Assembly: GCF_033153115.1 (NCBI RefSeq)
Contig: NW_026889801.1
Location: 9,300,001-9,364,000, forward strand
Direction: 5' to 3'
Source of the DNA: Saccostrea echinata
Taxonomy: Eukaryota
DNA: 64,000 bases
Shown: positions 62,741 through 64,000 of the stretch, piece after piece
Numbering within the stretch: the first letter of the stretch is position 1
Layout: the number at the start of each line of letters is the position of its first letter
Notes under the pieces: model-generated
Told to the model about the DNA's origin: nothing
Databases searched by the model: none
The model's input: the letters and a program-made list of their open reading frames with translations, nothing else
Position numbers and translations under genes: made by a program

Positions 62741-62810
62741 TACCTGAAAAAGTCGACTACTTTTCTTCAAGTTGACGTGGCCGGCTTACCACGGCAGAAA
62801 TGACGTCAAA
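62741..62810 (-). promoter_or_regulatory. Probable COPB1 non-coding first exon / promoter with UPRE and CRE motifs
   Basis: Minus-strand donor CAG|GTAAAT at 62744/62743; TGACGTGG 62773-62780; TGACGTCA 62801-62808; local CpG enrichment. Confidence 0.55.
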
Positions 62811-64000
62811 GTTTTGAGCTAGTTATTTTCAGAATATCAAGCCCGATGCATATGTACATTTAACGATGAAATATTCACACTGGACGATTTAGCTGATGTG
62901 CAAAATGAGAATCTTGGAAAAAACACAAATGTATATATATTTTTTCATTTAACATTTTATTTTATACTCAAAAAATACTAATAAAATAGTGAGAATGAGC
63001 TTCAGACACAGTGCTTTCCCTTTTTAGAACTCTCTCTACTGGAAAGAACAAAAAAGGTGTTAATCATGGCTGCTCTTAGAAGGACAAGTTTGTTATTGAA
63101 AAATGTTTTATGTAATTCTCGCACCAGAAGTGTGAATCCTATTAGAAGTATTGGAGAAATATGGGTTGATGGAAGCTGCATCAATCGTAATATATTTTTA
63201 GCCCCGTTTTCATGATTACTGATTAAGAAATCGCCTTTAATACATTGTATGAGGCCACATAATTCAAAGTTTAGATTCTCATCCTCATTTGCTTAAAATT
63301 GGGGTGGGTGGGCGGATTTTATTATTTATTTTCTAATTCTGTAAACATCTACATAACGATCTATTTATTCGAAATTTTTACATTGTAAATGCCAATATGG
63401 ATAGATTTCATTGCTTATTCTTTAAAATGTATACAGAAGATTCTTATCGTATAAAATATTTATCTTACACATTGTAGTAATGATTTTATGAGAACGTTGG
63501 TACACACCACACATAACAGTTTCTGCATGTATAAAATTAGGTGCGGATCCAAATACTTTGTACATAAATTGTTGTTGTATGTGTTATTCACCACTTCTCA
63601 TTGACCTTTTTCTAAATATATATTTTTTATTTTGGTCTGATTAACGAAAACTTATGTTTTGTCTGAAAATATCACAGATTTCTACTGTCCTTATAACATA
63701 ATTTTTTTTGTTCTTGACACATTGTCGAAATTTAATTTGCACAACATGTCTAATTTAGCCTACTAGACAATTTTTATATAGATTTACCATTTTCTGTAGC
63801 GATATTATCATCTTAAGTTGCCGACAAATGTTAAACATGAAATAAACAGGTTTTTTGCTCTCCACAAACTCCTATGGTCAGTGGTAAAAATAGCACCACG
63901 TGACATAACACATTTAATACAAATGGGATGTAACTCTAAAACTTTGACCATGATTGATGGCAACAAAGTTATTACAAAACCTAATTAAAAAAAAGAAAAC

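Overview
AT-rich animal genomic DNA. The repeat families (Helentron-type elements carrying ~166-168 bp satellites, MetaSINEs, Naiad-like Penelope elements) point to a bivalve, probably an oyster (inference). Reconstructed by hand: (1) a 20-exon + strand cadherin-related gene (~13.1-30.9 kb, ~970 aa, five EC-like repeats, membrane-adjacent domain, TM, acidic tail ending in PDZ-type DTKL); (2) an intronless class A GPCR (-); (3) an orphan multi-exon gene that looks recently disabled (-); (4) a 3-exon MANSC-domain mucin-like membrane protein (-); (5) coatomer beta COPB1, 23 coding exons (-). Intergenic and intronic DNA is full of non-autonomous transposons. Most notable: three frame-required GC-AG introns (all GCAAGT), a triplicated exon end plus splice donor in COPB1, a CDHR2/PCDH15-like cadherin architecture, a UPRE/CRE pair at the COPB1 5' end, a recurrent structured motif at Penelope-like element ends, and the orphan gene. 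I found no compelling new multi-gene system; most short ORFs in the track are artefacts.
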